Part shown: in pieces, positions 29,439 to 39,342 of the stretch
How the letters are laid out: each line of letters opens with the position of its first letter
Position numbering within the stretch: the first letter of the stretch is position 1
Program-made: the position numbers and the translations under genes
Source: a virus
Taxonomy: Duplodnaviria > Heunggongvirae > Uroviricota > Caudoviricetes
IMG/VR virus record: IMGVR_UViG_2660238349_000007
Length of the DNA stretch: 41,649 nt
Reading direction: 5' to 3' (one strand)
The notes under the pieces: generated by a model
Database searches by the model: none
Seen by the model: the letters and a program-made list of their open reading frames with translations, nothing else
Told to the model about the DNA's origin: nothing

Positions 29439-31416
29439 AACTATTAAAGATTTCCTCGTCTCGCTTGGCTTCAGTGTGGATGATGCAGGAGCGAAAAAGT
29501 TCGGTTCTGTCCTCGCCGGTACAACTGCAAATGTCATCAAAATGGGGCTGGCCGTTGAAGGAGCCGCGCTGTCCGTGGTGGCCTTCACGGCTAAGATCGC
29601 CTCCGGTCTGGATAATCTTTACTGGGCGTCACAGCGCACTGGAGCGACAGTCCAGGGAATTCAGTCTATTGGCTATGCGGTTTCGCAGGTTGGCGGCAGC
29701 GTGGACGCTGCGCGATCTTCTCTGGAAAGCCTCTCCCGGTTTATTCGCAACAATCCCGGTGCAGAAGGCTTTCTGAATCGCCTGGGCGTACAGACCCGTG
29801 ATGCCAGCGGTAACATGCGTGACATGGCCGCTATCTTTACGGGCGTTGGACAGAAACTCAGTAGCATGCCGTATTACCGGGCTAACCAGTATGCGCAGAT
29901 GCTGGGTATTGACGAAAATACCCTTATGGCGATGCGTCGGGGTGTGGGTGGTTTCTCCGGGCAGTACAGCGCAATGGCGAAAGCTATCGGCTTCAATGCT
30001 GACGAGGCGGCCAGAAGCTCCAACAAATTTATGACCTCCCTGCGTGAGTTTAGCGCGATGGCAGGCATGGCCCGTGACAAAATCGGCTCTAATCTTGCGG
30101 GTGGACTTGCGGGTTCGCTGGACACCCTGCGCCGCCATATCCTGGACAACTTCCCTCGTATCGAGCAGACCCTGACGAAAGCCATAAAAGGCATTCTGGC
30201 GCTCGGGGATATTATCGGGCGGCTGTTCTTCAGACTGATTGAGGGGACATCAGGCCTTATCACCTGGTGGCAATCGCTGGATAAGCAAACGCGGGAGTTG
30301 ATCTCGCTGTTTGGCGCACTGACGATTGCGCTGCGCATTCTGAACAGTACGTTCTGGATGTCGCCGGTTGGCCTCATTACCGCGCTGGCGGCGGGGATTG
30401 CCCTCCTGTGGGAGGACTATCAGACCTGGAAGGAAGGCGGCGACAGCCTGATTGACTGGGGCAAGTGGAAACCGGAGGTCGATGCCGCGCTGAAGATGGT
30501 TCGTGACCTTAAAACGACCGTTAACGATCTGGCGAAAGCGCTGGCGAAACTACTCAATATTGACCCCAAATCATGGTCCCTGAAGTGGGATTTCAGCAAC
30601 TTCATCGACCAGATGGGCGAATTCAGCAAAATGCTGAACATGATCGCCGACCTGCTCAACGCTATCAAAGATGGACGCTGGGCTGATGCCGTCAGCATCG
30701 GCAAACAGATACTTAATCAGGGCAGCGAAAATCCGTCAGCGATGCCGATGGTTACAGACAGCGCTAACAGTACTGCCGACTGGATTAAAGAGCACTGGGG
30801 ATTCGATCCCCGCAGCGTGGGCCGGACGGTACGCGGCTGGTTTGGTGATGATGAGCCGGAACAACATGCACAGGCTACGAAACGAGGAGAACGGAATAAC
30901 AATCCGGGAAACCTTAATTTTGCTGGTCAGGCAGGGGCTTCTCTTGAACGCCCGGGCGGGCGATTTGCCAGATTTGAAACTGCCTTTGATGGATTACGGG
31001 CTCTTGCTCGTCAGTTAATGCTGTACGCCGGACGGGGAATAAACAGTGTGGAGAAAATTATCTCTACCTGGGCACCTGCGTCTGATAATAACAACACAAC
31101 TGCGTATATCAGGGCTGTATCGCAACGACTGGGAGTGGATCCCCGGGCTGCCCTGAATATGAGCGATCCGCAAACCATGTCAGCATTGATGAGCAGCATT
31201 ATCCAGCATGAAAATGGAAGAAATATCTATTCTCGAGAGCTGATTAATAAGGCTGCCGTGGCGGGAATTAGTGGCAAAATGACAGAGGTTAACCAGCAAA
31301 ATACTTACCACATTTACGGTGGCGGAGATCCGCACGCTGTCGGTAATGAGGTTGCACGTCGGCAACAGTCTGCAAATGCTCAGGTCATGCGAAGTAATCA
31401 GGTGAGGGTGGGTTAG
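29428..31416 (+). CDS. Tail tape measure protein
   Basis: About 662-aa ORF after the chaperone; Ala/Gly-rich helical N-terminal region and hydrophobic central segments; GGAGAGAGG RBS before ATG 29428. Confidence 0.8.
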   Translation: MNAETIKDFLVSLGFSVDDAGAKKFGSVLAGTTANVIKMGLAVEGAALSVVAFTAKIASGLDNLYWASQRTGATVQGIQSIGYAVSQVGGSVDAARSSLESLSRFIRNNPGAEGFLNRLGVQTRDASGNMRDMAAIFTGVGQKLSSMPYYRANQYAQMLGIDENTLMAMRRGVGGFSGQYSAMAKAIGFNADEAARSSNKFMTSLREFSAMAGMARDKIGSNLAGGLAGSLDTLRRHILDNFPRIEQTLTKAIKGILALGDIIGRLFFRLIEGTSGLITWWQSLDKQTRELISLFGALTIALRILNSTFWMSPVGLITALAAGIALLWEDYQTWKEGGDSLIDWGKWKPEVDAALKMVRDLKTTVNDLAKALAKLLNIDPKSWSLKWDFSNFIDQMGEFSKMLNMIADLLNAIKDGRWADAVSIGKQILNQGSENPSAMPMVTDSANSTADWIKEHWGFDPRSVGRTVRGWFGDDEPEQHAQATKRGERNNNPGNLNFAGQAGASLERPGGRFARFETAFDGLRALARQLMLYAGRGINSVEKIISTWAPASDNNNTTAYIRAVSQRLGVDPRAALNMSDPQTMSALMSSIIQHENGRNIYSRELINKAAVAGISGKMTEVNQQNTYHIYGGGDPHAVGNEVARRQQSANAQVMRSNQVRVG

Positions 31417-32003
31417 TGGATATTCTCTCTACACTTTTTCATCAGCAGAGCAGAAAAATAGGAATGATTGTTCCCAGTGTTGTTATTTCAGAGAAGCATA
31501 CAGATATGCTTGAAATAACAGAGCATCCGGTAGAGGTTGGGGCCGCTGTCGCTGATCATGCCTATAAAAAACCGTCAGAAGTGGTGATGGAGGTTGGTTT
31601 CGCCGGTGGCGGCGCATTGCTGGATTTTGCCAGTAATCTGACGGCTACCAGCCTGCTCGGCCTGAGTCCTCAGCAGACGTATCAGGAGCTACTGGATCTG
31701 CAGGAAAGCCGTATCCCCTTCGATGTGGTAACCGGTAAACGACTGTACAGCAACATGTTGATCCGGGCGTTGGAAGTGACGACGGACAAGACAACCGAAA
31801 ACGTCCTGTCCGCCGTCCTCACCCTGAGGGAGGTCATTATCTCCCGGACACAGCAGATTACCGTCGCGGATAAAACCAACATGAAGGAAGGGGCCAGCAC
31901 GTCGGCGGTACAGAACAGCGGCAACAAAACCACAAAGCCTCCAGATACTTCACTGCTGAAAAGCATCACGGGTAACGTGGCGTCATTACTGGGGGGCGGC
32001 TAA
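31416..32003 (+). CDS. Putative tail / baseplate protein
   Basis: 195-aa ORF translationally coupled to the tape measure gene. Confidence 0.4.
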   Translation: MDILSTLFHQQSRKIGMIVPSVVISEKHTDMLEITEHPVEVGAAVADHAYKKPSEVVMEVGFAGGGALLDFASNLTATSLLGLSPQQTYQELLDLQESRIPFDVVTGKRLYSNMLIRALEVTTDKTTENVLSAVLTLREVIISRTQQITVADKTNMKEGASTSAVQNSGNKTTKPPDTSLLKSITGNVASLLGGG

Positions 32004-32305
32004 TGACAATTCAGGAAATTCCGCTGACAGCGGACAACCAGCAGTTCAGCATCGTCCTGGGGGGGGGCACCTGGCGGATTAGCATCATATGGCGCGATCT
32101 GTACTGGATTATGGACCTGCAGAACGACAGAGGGGAGCCGGTAATCTCCGGTATTCCTCTTGTCACTGGTGCTGACCTGCTGGCGCAGTACGCCTGTATG
32201 GAGCTTGGTTTTAAGCTGGTGGTGGTCTGTGATGACAACACACAGGATTACCCCACAAAAACTGACCTGGGCGGTCGCAGCCATTTACTGGTATCAACGG
32301 AGTAA
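32003..32305 (+). CDS. Putative tail protein (contains a G9 homopolymer tract)
   Basis: 100-aa ORF; nine consecutive G at 32058-32066 encode GGG. Confidence 0.4.
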   Translation: MTIQEIPLTADNQQFSIVLGGGTWRISIIWRDLYWIMDLQNDRGEPVISGIPLVTGADLLAQYACMELGFKLVVVCDDNTQDYPTKTDLGGRSHLLVSTE

Positions 32306-32307
32306 GC

Positions 32308-33369
32308 ATGTCACAGAACTGGATGAGACATTTCGAGCTGCAGCTTGTGGACGGGAACGGTCAGGGAATTGAGCTAAGTGATTTCAAAGTCACCTTTACG
32401 ATCGACTGGTTCAACATCAGCAGCGCGTCCCGGGTAGGGACTATCAAAATTTATAACCTCTCGGCAGATACTGTGAACCGAATTACCGGGCAGGAGTTTT
32501 CGAAAGTGCGTCTGATTGCGGGTTACGACGGTATCGCGCCGGAGGTGTCAGCAAGCGACGTAGGGACCGTGCGGGAAGTTGACGCGGCGGACGTGGGCCA
32601 GAGAGATGGCCGCAACTACGGACTGATTTTCAGCGGTGAAATTCGCTACTCGGTCACAGGAAAAGACAGTCCGGTTGATACCTACGTCCTGATTCAGGCA
32701 GCAGATACTGATCTGGCTTTTGCCACCAGTATAACCTCACAGACGCTGGCTGCCGGTTACACGGTCGCTGATGTGAACCGTGCGCTGATGAAAGACTTCG
32801 AAGCCAAAGGCGCGACCGAAGGCCTGACGCCTGAAATGCCTGCTACTGTATTCCCCCGGGGGCGGGTACTCTTTGGCATGACGCGGCATCTAATGGATAA
32901 CGTAGCCGGACAATGTGGCGCAACATGGCAATTCGTGGACGGTCAGCGCCAGATGGTGGCGAATAACGAATATGTTCACGAAGCGATTGTGCTCAACAGC
33001 GCTACCGGGCTTATTGGCATGCCGCAGCAGACTATCGGTAACGGCGTAAACGTCCGCGCGCTTATTAATCCGAACATCCGGGTTAACGGGCTCATTCAGC
33101 TGGATCAGGCTTCCGTCTATCGTACCGCGTTGTCGAACAACGATATTGCGATGGTTGGTGGTCAGATCACCGACCAGAACACGGACGGAAATATCACGCT
33201 CAGCGGCACCACATCGCAGCCTGCCAGCATCGCAACGGATGGCGTTTATATTGTGCGCGGGATTATGTACACTGGCGACACAAGGGGCCAGGCGTGGTAC
33301 ATGGATATGATGTGCGAAGCGCGTGGCGCGGCGGATCTGTATACGCAATCGGCTTTGCAAAGGGGATGA
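32308..33369 (+). CDS. Putative baseplate hub / late-control-D-like tail protein
   Basis: 353-aa ORF in the baseplate block; call by position and size. Confidence 0.45.
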   Translation: MSQNWMRHFELQLVDGNGQGIELSDFKVTFTIDWFNISSASRVGTIKIYNLSADTVNRITGQEFSKVRLIAGYDGIAPEVSASDVGTVREVDAADVGQRDGRNYGLIFSGEIRYSVTGKDSPVDTYVLIQAADTDLAFATSITSQTLAAGYTVADVNRALMKDFEAKGATEGLTPEMPATVFPRGRVLFGMTRHLMDNVAGQCGATWQFVDGQRQMVANNEYVHEAIVLNSATGLIGMPQQTIGNGVNVRALINPNIRVNGLIQLDQASVYRTALSNNDIAMVGGQITDQNTDGNITLSGTTSQPASIATDGVYIVRGIMYTGDTRGQAWYMDMMCEARGAADLYTQSALQRG

Positions 33370-33372
33370 GCA

Positions 33373-33717
33373 ATGAGGGGTATTATTTTTCTGTTAGCTG
33401 CCTTTTCTGCGTGCAGCGCGTGGGCGGATGGCTTCACGGTTAAATGCGGTGGCTACACTATGGTTGCAAACCAGGGCGAGTTATCGACTATCAACGGTGA
33501 AAGAGTTACCTCTCAAAAAATCACCGAACTGGGTACCAATGGTTTGAAAGTAGACATGGGGCTTATGCCTGCCAAAGACGGTAACAACTACGGCTTTGAA
33601 TACATTCGTCGCCCTGGTACCGAAACGCGATTCCTGAATGTCCAGCTTCTGCAGAACAGCATGGATGCGCCGAAAATCATCGGATCTTTCCCTTGTAAAA
33701 AAGTGGCTGGGCGATGA
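33373..33717 (+). CDS. Secreted or lipoprotein-like small protein (moron in tail module)
   Basis: 114-aa ORF with N-terminal signal peptide MRGIIFLLAAFSACSAWA (lipobox-like FSAC or AxA cleavage site). Confidence 0.5.
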   Translation: MRGIIFLLAAFSACSAWADGFTVKCGGYTMVANQGELSTINGERVTSQKITELGTNGLKVDMGLMPAKDGNNYGFEYIRRPGTETRFLNVQLLQNSMDAPKIIGSFPCKKVAGR

Positions 33718-33720
33718 TTT

Positions 33721-33880
33721 TTGACGTCCATAATATTATGGATGAACTGTTGCCAATTGCGCTAAATTTAACAAAATAATACTGGTTAACGCATTTTTTG
33801 AACCATCTGTACACAGTAGTTGTCTATACTTTACCTTAAAGGTAAACTCTGCGCTCCACTGATGTTCACTATGGGAGGGG
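33721..33880 (+). promoter_or_regulatory. AT-rich promoter/operator region of the moron cassette
   Basis: TTGACG at 33721-33726; perfect 16-bp palindrome TCCATAATATTATGGA at 33727-33742; second palindrome TTTACCTT-a-AAGGTAAA at 33830-33846. Confidence 0.45.
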
Positions 33881-33882
33881 AT

Positions 33883-34122
33883 ATGAGGAAAATCGTTAAT
33901 CGTTACTTAGCCGCTGCCGGTAGTGTTATGGACATTATGCCGACTACAGATTACTGGCAATATGCTGCTTCTGGATCTGATTGTCGGGCAATAAGAAGTG
34001 ATGTTAAAGTCATTGCAAGTGACATGAACAGAGTTATCAGGTATGAGTTCAAAACCCCGCAAGCAGGCGGCCGTTCTCAAAAAGCATCAGGAAAACAAAG
34101 CGTCGCAAAAAGCCGTTCCTGA
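33883..34122 (+). CDS. Small hypothetical protein
   Basis: About 80-aa ORF with strong RBS GGGAGGGG before ATG 33883; 3' end overlaps the next ORF by 80 nt in another frame. Confidence 0.35.
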   Translation: MRKIVNRYLAAAGSVMDIMPTTDYWQYAASGSDCRAIRSDVKVIASDMNRVIRYEFKTPQAGGRSQKASGKQSVAKSRS

Positions 34123-34615
34123 TTCGGATGGTATCGACGAAGATATTGATTCCTCGGAATATGATGAGTCTCAGGAAGTAGTGGAAAAGCTGTCTGCAGT
34201 TGCCAACCTTGATCCTGAGCTAAAATCGAAGTTAACACCTGAACTTCTTGAGAGAGTTTCTAAGAACCCGAAGGTTATTGCCATGTTTCAGCAGGAGTCT
34301 TTTCAGGGACCACTCCCACCTCCTGCTATGCTCTTACAATATAATCAAATATTACCCGGCGGCGCTGAGAGAATTTTCAGGCTAACCGAAAAAGAGCAAG
34401 AGCATAGGCATAAGACGCAAAGTGATGCATTACTTGGTGCGGTTTCACGCGACAAACGTGGGCAATGGATGGGATTTTGCATTGCAATGGTAGTGCTTAT
34501 AATGGCTGCGTTTTTTGCTAATCGCGGTAACACTTGGTTCGCAGGTACTCTTGCTACTTTAGATCTCGTAGGATTAACTACAGTGTTTGTTTATGGTAGG
34601 AAGAAACCTAAATAA
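34043..34615 (+). CDS. DUF2335-like membrane protein
   Basis: 190-aa ORF with charged N-terminal region, conserved-looking LLQYNQILPGGAERIFRLTEKEQEHRH stretch and two C-terminal TM helices; family assignment from memory. Confidence 0.5.
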   Translation: MSSKPRKQAAVLKKHQENKASQKAVPDSDGIDEDIDSSEYDESQEVVEKLSAVANLDPELKSKLTPELLERVSKNPKVIAMFQQESFQGPLPPPAMLLQYNQILPGGAERIFRLTEKEQEHRHKTQSDALLGAVSRDKRGQWMGFCIAMVVLIMAAFFANRGNTWFAGTLATLDLVGLTTVFVYGRKKPK

Positions 34616-34630
34616 TCCATACATCCTTTC

Positions 34631-34654
34631 AAACCCGCTTCGGCGGGTTTTTTG
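34631..34654 (+). terminator. Intrinsic terminator ending the moron cassette
   Basis: CCCGC-ttcg-GCGGG hairpin followed by TTTTTT. Confidence 0.7.
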
Positions 34655-34672
34655 CTTTCTGGAGCCTACTAA

Positions 34673-35425
34673 ATGGCCGTATCTGACCAGACCCGCAGCG
34701 GCGACCTTGCCGAAACATTCAAATCTGAACGGGAAACAACAAAGAACCAGATCCGTGTCGCCTTGCCTGGCATTATTCAGTCATTCGCTCCTGATGCGGT
34801 GACGGCGGTTGTACAGCCTGCTATCCGTTACGTTGAAATTGATAACGACGGCAACCGCATTACCAAAAATTACCCATTGCTGGTGGATGTGCCAGTGGTA
34901 TTCCCGCGTGGCGGAGGCTGTACGCTAACGTTTCCAGTTAAAGCCGGTGATGAATGTTTGGTGATTTTTGCCGATCGTTGTATTGATTTCTGGTGGCAGA
35001 GTGGCGGGATACAGGAGCCGGTCGATGACAGAATGCATGATTTATCGGATGCGTTTTGTATTGTCGGTCCCCAGTCGCAGGCAAGGAAGATTAGCGGTAT
35101 TAATACCAGTGCCACACAGTTGCGTAGTGATGACGGCAGCACCTATTTTGAGCTTAATCCTGATACCAGGAAAATTAAAATTGTCGCTCCGGGGGGCCTT
35201 GATGTGGTTGCCCCTCTGGCTGATTTTTCTGAGAAAGTAACCATTCATGGCCTGTTAACCTGGATGGGAGGCATGGTGGGGTCTGTTGTTTCTGGTGTGG
35301 CTTCAAAAATCACTGGTGCTGTTGAGTTTTTGGGTAGCGTGAAGGCTAACGGCAAGCCAATCGATGATACGCACACTCATGGTGGTGTTCAGCGCGGTGG
35401 AAGCAATACCGACGGAGTAAACTGA
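34673..35425 (+). CDS. Baseplate spike protein (P2 gpV-like)
   Basis: 250-aa ORF with C-terminal THTHGG…GG motif resembling the gpV apex. Confidence 0.7.
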   Translation: MAVSDQTRSGDLAETFKSERETTKNQIRVALPGIIQSFAPDAVTAVVQPAIRYVEIDNDGNRITKNYPLLVDVPVVFPRGGGCTLTFPVKAGDECLVIFADRCIDFWWQSGGIQEPVDDRMHDLSDAFCIVGPQSQARKISGINTSATQLRSDDGSTYFELNPDTRKIKIVAPGGLDVVAPLADFSEKVTIHGLLTWMGGMVGSVVSGVASKITGAVEFLGSVKANGKPIDDTHTHGGVQRGGSNTDGVN

Positions 35426-35778
35426 TGCGATACAGACGTGAAGACGCCGATGGCGATTACACCTTTGGCAGCGGTGATGACACCTGGCTGATTAACTCAC
35501 CGGAGGCCGTGGCGCAGGCGGTAAAAACGCGATTCGAATTGTGGTATGGGCAATGGTTTCTCGACACCACTGAGGGGACTCCGTGGATCCAGTCCGTACT
35601 CGGTAAGCAGAAGCCGGAAACCTACAACCTGGCGATCCGTAAGCGCATTCTGGAAACGCAGGGCGTTAAATCAATCCTCTCTTTCAATACGACGGTGGAT
35701 ACCACGACCCGACGTGTCATGTTTTCCGCTGAAATCGACACTCTCTATGGAATAACGACTGTTACATCGGAGGCGTAA
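35425..35778 (+). CDS. Baseplate wedge protein (gpW/gp25-like)
   Basis: 117-aa ORF coupled between spike and J-like genes. Confidence 0.5.
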   Translation: MRYRREDADGDYTFGSGDDTWLINSPEAVAQAVKTRFELWYGQWFLDTTEGTPWIQSVLGKQKPETYNLAIRKRILETQGVKSILSFNTTVDTTTRRVMFSAEIDTLYGITTVTSEA

Positions 35779-36977
35779 TGGCTCTGAACCTTGATTCTCT
35801 CGGTTTATCTGCAAAGGTAACCGCGGAGGGGATCAGTGCGCCTGATTATCAGACGATACTCAGCACCCTGATTAGCTATTTTCAGCAGATTTATGGCAGT
35901 GATGCCTACCTCGAACCGGACAGCAAAGACGGCCAGATGGTGGCTCTGATGGCGCTGGCGATTCATGATGCCAATAATATGGCGATAACTGTCTACAACT
36001 GTTTTTCACCGGCAACCGGCTATGGGGCTGCACTGACCAGTAACGTGAAAATAAATGGTATTTCACGTAAAGGCGCGACGAACTCTACGGTTGATTTGCT
36101 TCTTACAGGAACTGCCGGAACAACCATCATTAATGGCAGCGTGAAAGACAGTAATAATGTGATATGGCGTTTGCCTGCTTCAGTGGTGGTCGGCGTGGAT
36201 GGTACAGTGATGGTGACCGCAACATGTTCCGTCAGTGGTGCAGTGGCGGCGCTGGCTGGAACTATCACTGAAATTAATACGCCAACCCGTGGCTGGGTTT
36301 CGGTAACTAATCCTGCTGCGGCTACTGTGGGCACTCCGGCAGAAACTGACGCTGAGTTACGTATCCGCCAGTCGCAAAGTGTTGCGTTGCCATCATTAAC
36401 CCCATTTGAAGCACTGGATGGTGCTGTTTCTAATGTTATCGGTGTAACCCGCCACAAACTCTATGAAAACGATACTGGTTCGGAGGACGGTAACGGATTA
36501 CCGCCACACTCTGTTGCTGTAATTGTGGATGGCGGTGATGTGACGGATATTGCTCAGGCTATCAGAGGGAATAAAGGCCAGGGGACAGCCACTCACGGTA
36601 CAACATCCGTTACGGTTCCGGATAAATACGGCAATCCCCATGTAATCAAATTCTCGCGTTCCAGTGATGTGCCTGTTTATGCCCGGATTAAATTAAAAGT
36701 TTTTACGGGTTATACCTCACAGATAGGACAGCAGATCCAGCAGGCTATTTCCGACTATATCAATAGTCTGACGATTGGTGATTCGGTCCTTTTGAGTCGC
36801 ATTTACTCACCGGCGAATCTTGGCGTGGTGAGTGGCGGGAATGCACGCTATTACGATATTCAGGAACTGACGATTGGGAAATCCCCGGGGGCTTTGTCGT
36901 CATCAAACATTGATATCAGATACAACGAATCTGCGTCCTGTACCCCGGAAAATATCGTTATAACGGTGGAGTCATGA
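35778..36977 (+). CDS. Baseplate protein J-like
   Basis: 399-aa ORF in canonical V-W-J-I order. Confidence 0.65.
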   Translation: MALNLDSLGLSAKVTAEGISAPDYQTILSTLISYFQQIYGSDAYLEPDSKDGQMVALMALAIHDANNMAITVYNCFSPATGYGAALTSNVKINGISRKGATNSTVDLLLTGTAGTTIINGSVKDSNNVIWRLPASVVVGVDGTVMVTATCSVSGAVAALAGTITEINTPTRGWVSVTNPAAATVGTPAETDAELRIRQSQSVALPSLTPFEALDGAVSNVIGVTRHKLYENDTGSEDGNGLPPHSVAVIVDGGDVTDIAQAIRGNKGQGTATHGTTSVTVPDKYGNPHVIKFSRSSDVPVYARIKLKVFTGYTSQIGQQIQQAISDYINSLTIGDSVLLSRIYSPANLGVVSGGNARYYDIQELTIGKSPGALSSSNIDIRYNESASCTPENIVITVES

Positions 36978-37654
36978 GCAAATACACCGAACTAATCACG
37001 AACTACCACGCCACCAAACCTAAATTTCTTGCACATGTTGATCTGATGACCCGGCCGCTTATTGATGTTGCGGCTGCCACCAGAGGGCTGATTACTGTAT
37101 TTGATATTGACTCTGCGGTTGGTGTGCAACTTGACATTCTTGGATTGTGGATCGGACGTAGCCGTGTTGTCAGCCAGCCTATCTCAGGTGTCTATTTCCG
37201 CTGGGATACCGACGGGCTTGGATATGATCAGGGGGTATGGCAGGGGCCATATGATCCTGATTCAGGATACATGTATCTCAGCGATGAAACTTATCGTGTC
37301 ATTCTTAAAGCGAAGATTGCGATTAATAACTGGGACGGACGGAATGATTCGCTTCCGGCAATCCTTGACGCTGCAACAGCAGGATCCGGACTGCGAATGC
37401 AGATTGTCGATAACCAGGACATGACGATATCGGTCTGGGTCTTTCCTGATACTGATATTTCAGATGTATCGCGTGAGTTAATTGCTGCAATTAAACAGGG
37501 ATATCTCACAGTAAAAGCCGCCGGGGTGTGGGCGGGTGGCATTGAAACACCTTCGGTGGAAACCCCATCGGAAGGTTCAAAATTTTTTGGTTTTGATATG
37601 GATAACGAATTTATCAGTGGTTTTGATCTAGGGGCATGGGGAGTATTACTCTGA
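36974..37654 (+). CDS. Tail protein I-like
   Basis: 226-aa ORF between J-like and tail fibre genes; stop overlaps the tail fibre start (TGATG). Confidence 0.55.
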   Translation: MSKYTELITNYHATKPKFLAHVDLMTRPLIDVAAATRGLITVFDIDSAVGVQLDILGLWIGRSRVVSQPISGVYFRWDTDGLGYDQGVWQGPYDPDSGYMYLSDETYRVILKAKIAINNWDGRNDSLPAILDAATAGSGLRMQIVDNQDMTISVWVFPDTDISDVSRELIAAIKQGYLTVKAAGVWAGGIETPSVETPSEGSKFFGFDMDNEFISGFDLGAWGVLL

Positions 37655-38325
37655 TGGCAAAAAATGACTTTAAAGCATTCGCAACGGGTAAAAATGCCAA
37701 TGTTATGTCGCAGGAGGAATGGGAAGCGTTGCCTGCGCTTTTATCTGGATTTACAGCAGGGAAAGCCTCCAGTGCGCAAGTCAATAAGGTTATTCGGCAG
37801 GCCAGCTTTATTGCTGCAGCTCTGGCCCAGTTTGTAAGTGATAAAACGCAACGGGATGTGCTTGATAATGGTGATCTGCCCGGTTTTGTTGAATTGCTGG
37901 GATCGGGGTTTGCTGTTGAATACCTGAGCCGCAAGAATCCGTTTGGTGATATCAAATCGGATGGCACGGTGAAAACGGCTCTCGAAAACCTTGGTTTGGG
38001 AGAAGCGGCAAAACGAAATGTGGGAACAGGGGAAAATCAGATACCTGATATGTCATCATATGCATCAGGTTCAGGCTGGCGAAAAATGCCAGATGGTTCA
38101 ATTGAACAGTGGGGACGAATTAGTTTTCCTGGTGAACACGGGCCTGTATCCGCCAATGTTTCATTCCCAATTCCATTTACACAGACACCGGGCATTGTAA
38201 TTGTGTGCGATGGTGGTTTCGGGGGCGGGAATATGTGGGGGGCGACCAACTGGAGCACTACCGGCTTCATAGCTCACTGCAATTATGGTCTTGAAGGTGG
38301 TGCGTTTTTCGCTAAGGGCTGGTAA
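37654..38325 (+). CDS. Tail fibre protein (constant N-terminus plus variable C-terminus in current orientation)
   Basis: 224-aa ORF followed by a Tfa gene; the recombination site at 37986-38005 lies inside it and encodes NLGLGE. Confidence 0.65.
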   Translation: MAKNDFKAFATGKNANVMSQEEWEALPALLSGFTAGKASSAQVNKVIRQASFIAAALAQFVSDKTQRDVLDNGDLPGFVELLGSGFAVEYLSRKNPFGDIKSDGTVKTALENLGLGEAAKRNVGTGENQIPDMSSYASGSGWRKMPDGSIEQWGRISFPGEHGPVSANVSFPIPFTQTPGIVIVCDGGFGGGNMWGATNWSTTGFIAHCNYGLEGGAFFAKGW

Positions 38326-38768
38326 TGATGAAATATCTGTACGTAAACAACCTGGCATATCCTTACGAACTTCAGTCTCTTTATGTTGAAAAAGGTGAAT
38401 GGCCTGAAGAAAAAGGTGTTGATATAGACGAAGTAATTTTCAGGGAATATTTCTATGATACACCACCAGAAGGAAAATACAGATGTGTCGGAGAGGATGG
38501 ACTGCCTGCATGGGCAGATATTCCTCCACCAACACGTGAAGAACAAATTGCATCAGCCGAAACTAAAAAGCAGCAATTGATTAACCAGGCCAACGAATAC
38601 ATCAACAGTAAACAATGGCCAGGTAAAGCATCAATTGGTCGTCTGAAAGGTGAGGAACTGGCGCAATATAATTTGTGGCTGGATTATCTGGACGCACTGG
38701 AACTGGTCGATACTTCCGGTGCGCCAGATATTGAATGGCCTACGCCTCCGGCAGTTCAGGCCAGATGA
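38325..38768 (+). CDS. Tail fibre assembly protein (Tfa/U-like)
   Basis: 147-aa ORF with C-terminal Tfa signature (…LWLDYLDALELVDTSGAPDIEWPTPP). Confidence 0.7.
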   Translation: MMKYLYVNNLAYPYELQSLYVEKGEWPEEKGVDIDEVIFREYFYDTPPEGKYRCVGEDGLPAWADIPPPTREEQIASAETKKQQLINQANEYINSKQWPGKASIGRLKGEELAQYNLWLDYLDALELVDTSGAPDIEWPTPPAVQAR

Positions 38769-39342
38769 CGTCCGGCGCTGTGCTGGTATCTGTTGCCGTC
38801 ACCGCGTCAATGTAATCCAGCACAGCGTTAAGTCGGGTGTTTTCTGGCTGCGTCAGCTTCCGCCCAGCCTGTAATTTCAGTTGAATCAGACTGATGGAAG
38901 CCATTGCAGCATCAATCAGCGACTGGCGCTGTGCTTCTGCCGCTTCTACTGCGGCGCTATGCTGTGCCTCGGTATCGGTCACCCATTTCTCACCATCCCA
39001 TTTATCGTATGGCGTTAATGGGGCGATAGTGGTTGTATTTTCGGGGTAATCACCCGGAGTTGTGATTTCTTTGGCGTCTCCCGTTTCGGTGTTATAGACG
39101 ATTTCTCCGCGATGGTCTGGCACATATTCCCATGAGTTTAAATCCGCAGAGCGGCAGATGGCATAACCAGCTTTATATGTTCCTGGTGCATCTAAACAGG
39201 AACATGCCGGAATACCGACACCAACAGCAAGATATTCAGTTGATGTGGAAATATATTCTCGTGTTTCACCATTATAATTATAGACAGTAATATCCCCCGC
39301 CTTCGTGGCAATAAACTCGCTATTTAATACGGCATTATCCAT
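38740..39342 (-). CDS. Alternative tail fibre assembly protein (U'-like)
   Basis: 200-aa ORF with the same C-terminal signature (…LNAVLDYIDAVTATDTSTAPDVIWPELP), inverted relative to the other Tfa. Confidence 0.7.
   Translation of the reverse strand: MDNAVLNSEFIATKAGDITVYNYNGETREYISTSTEYLAVGVGIPACSCLDAPGTYKAGYAICRSADLNSWEYVPDHRGEIVYNTETGDAKEITTPGDYPENTTTIAPLTPYDKWDGEKWVTDTEAQHSAAVEAAEAQRQSLIDAAMASISLIQLKLQAGRKLTQPENTRLNAVLDYIDAVTATDTSTAPDVIWPELPEA

Noticed and set aside
29629-30377. Two minus-strand ORFs of about 167 aa (29629-30138, 29874-30377) inside the tape measure gene
   Set aside because: Antisense to a gene with strong positional support; Arg/Ser-rich shadow-frame composition.
36020-36457. 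145-aa minus-strand ORF inside the baseplate J-like gene
   Set aside because: Antisense shadow; the plus-strand gene fits the conserved V-W-J-I gene order.
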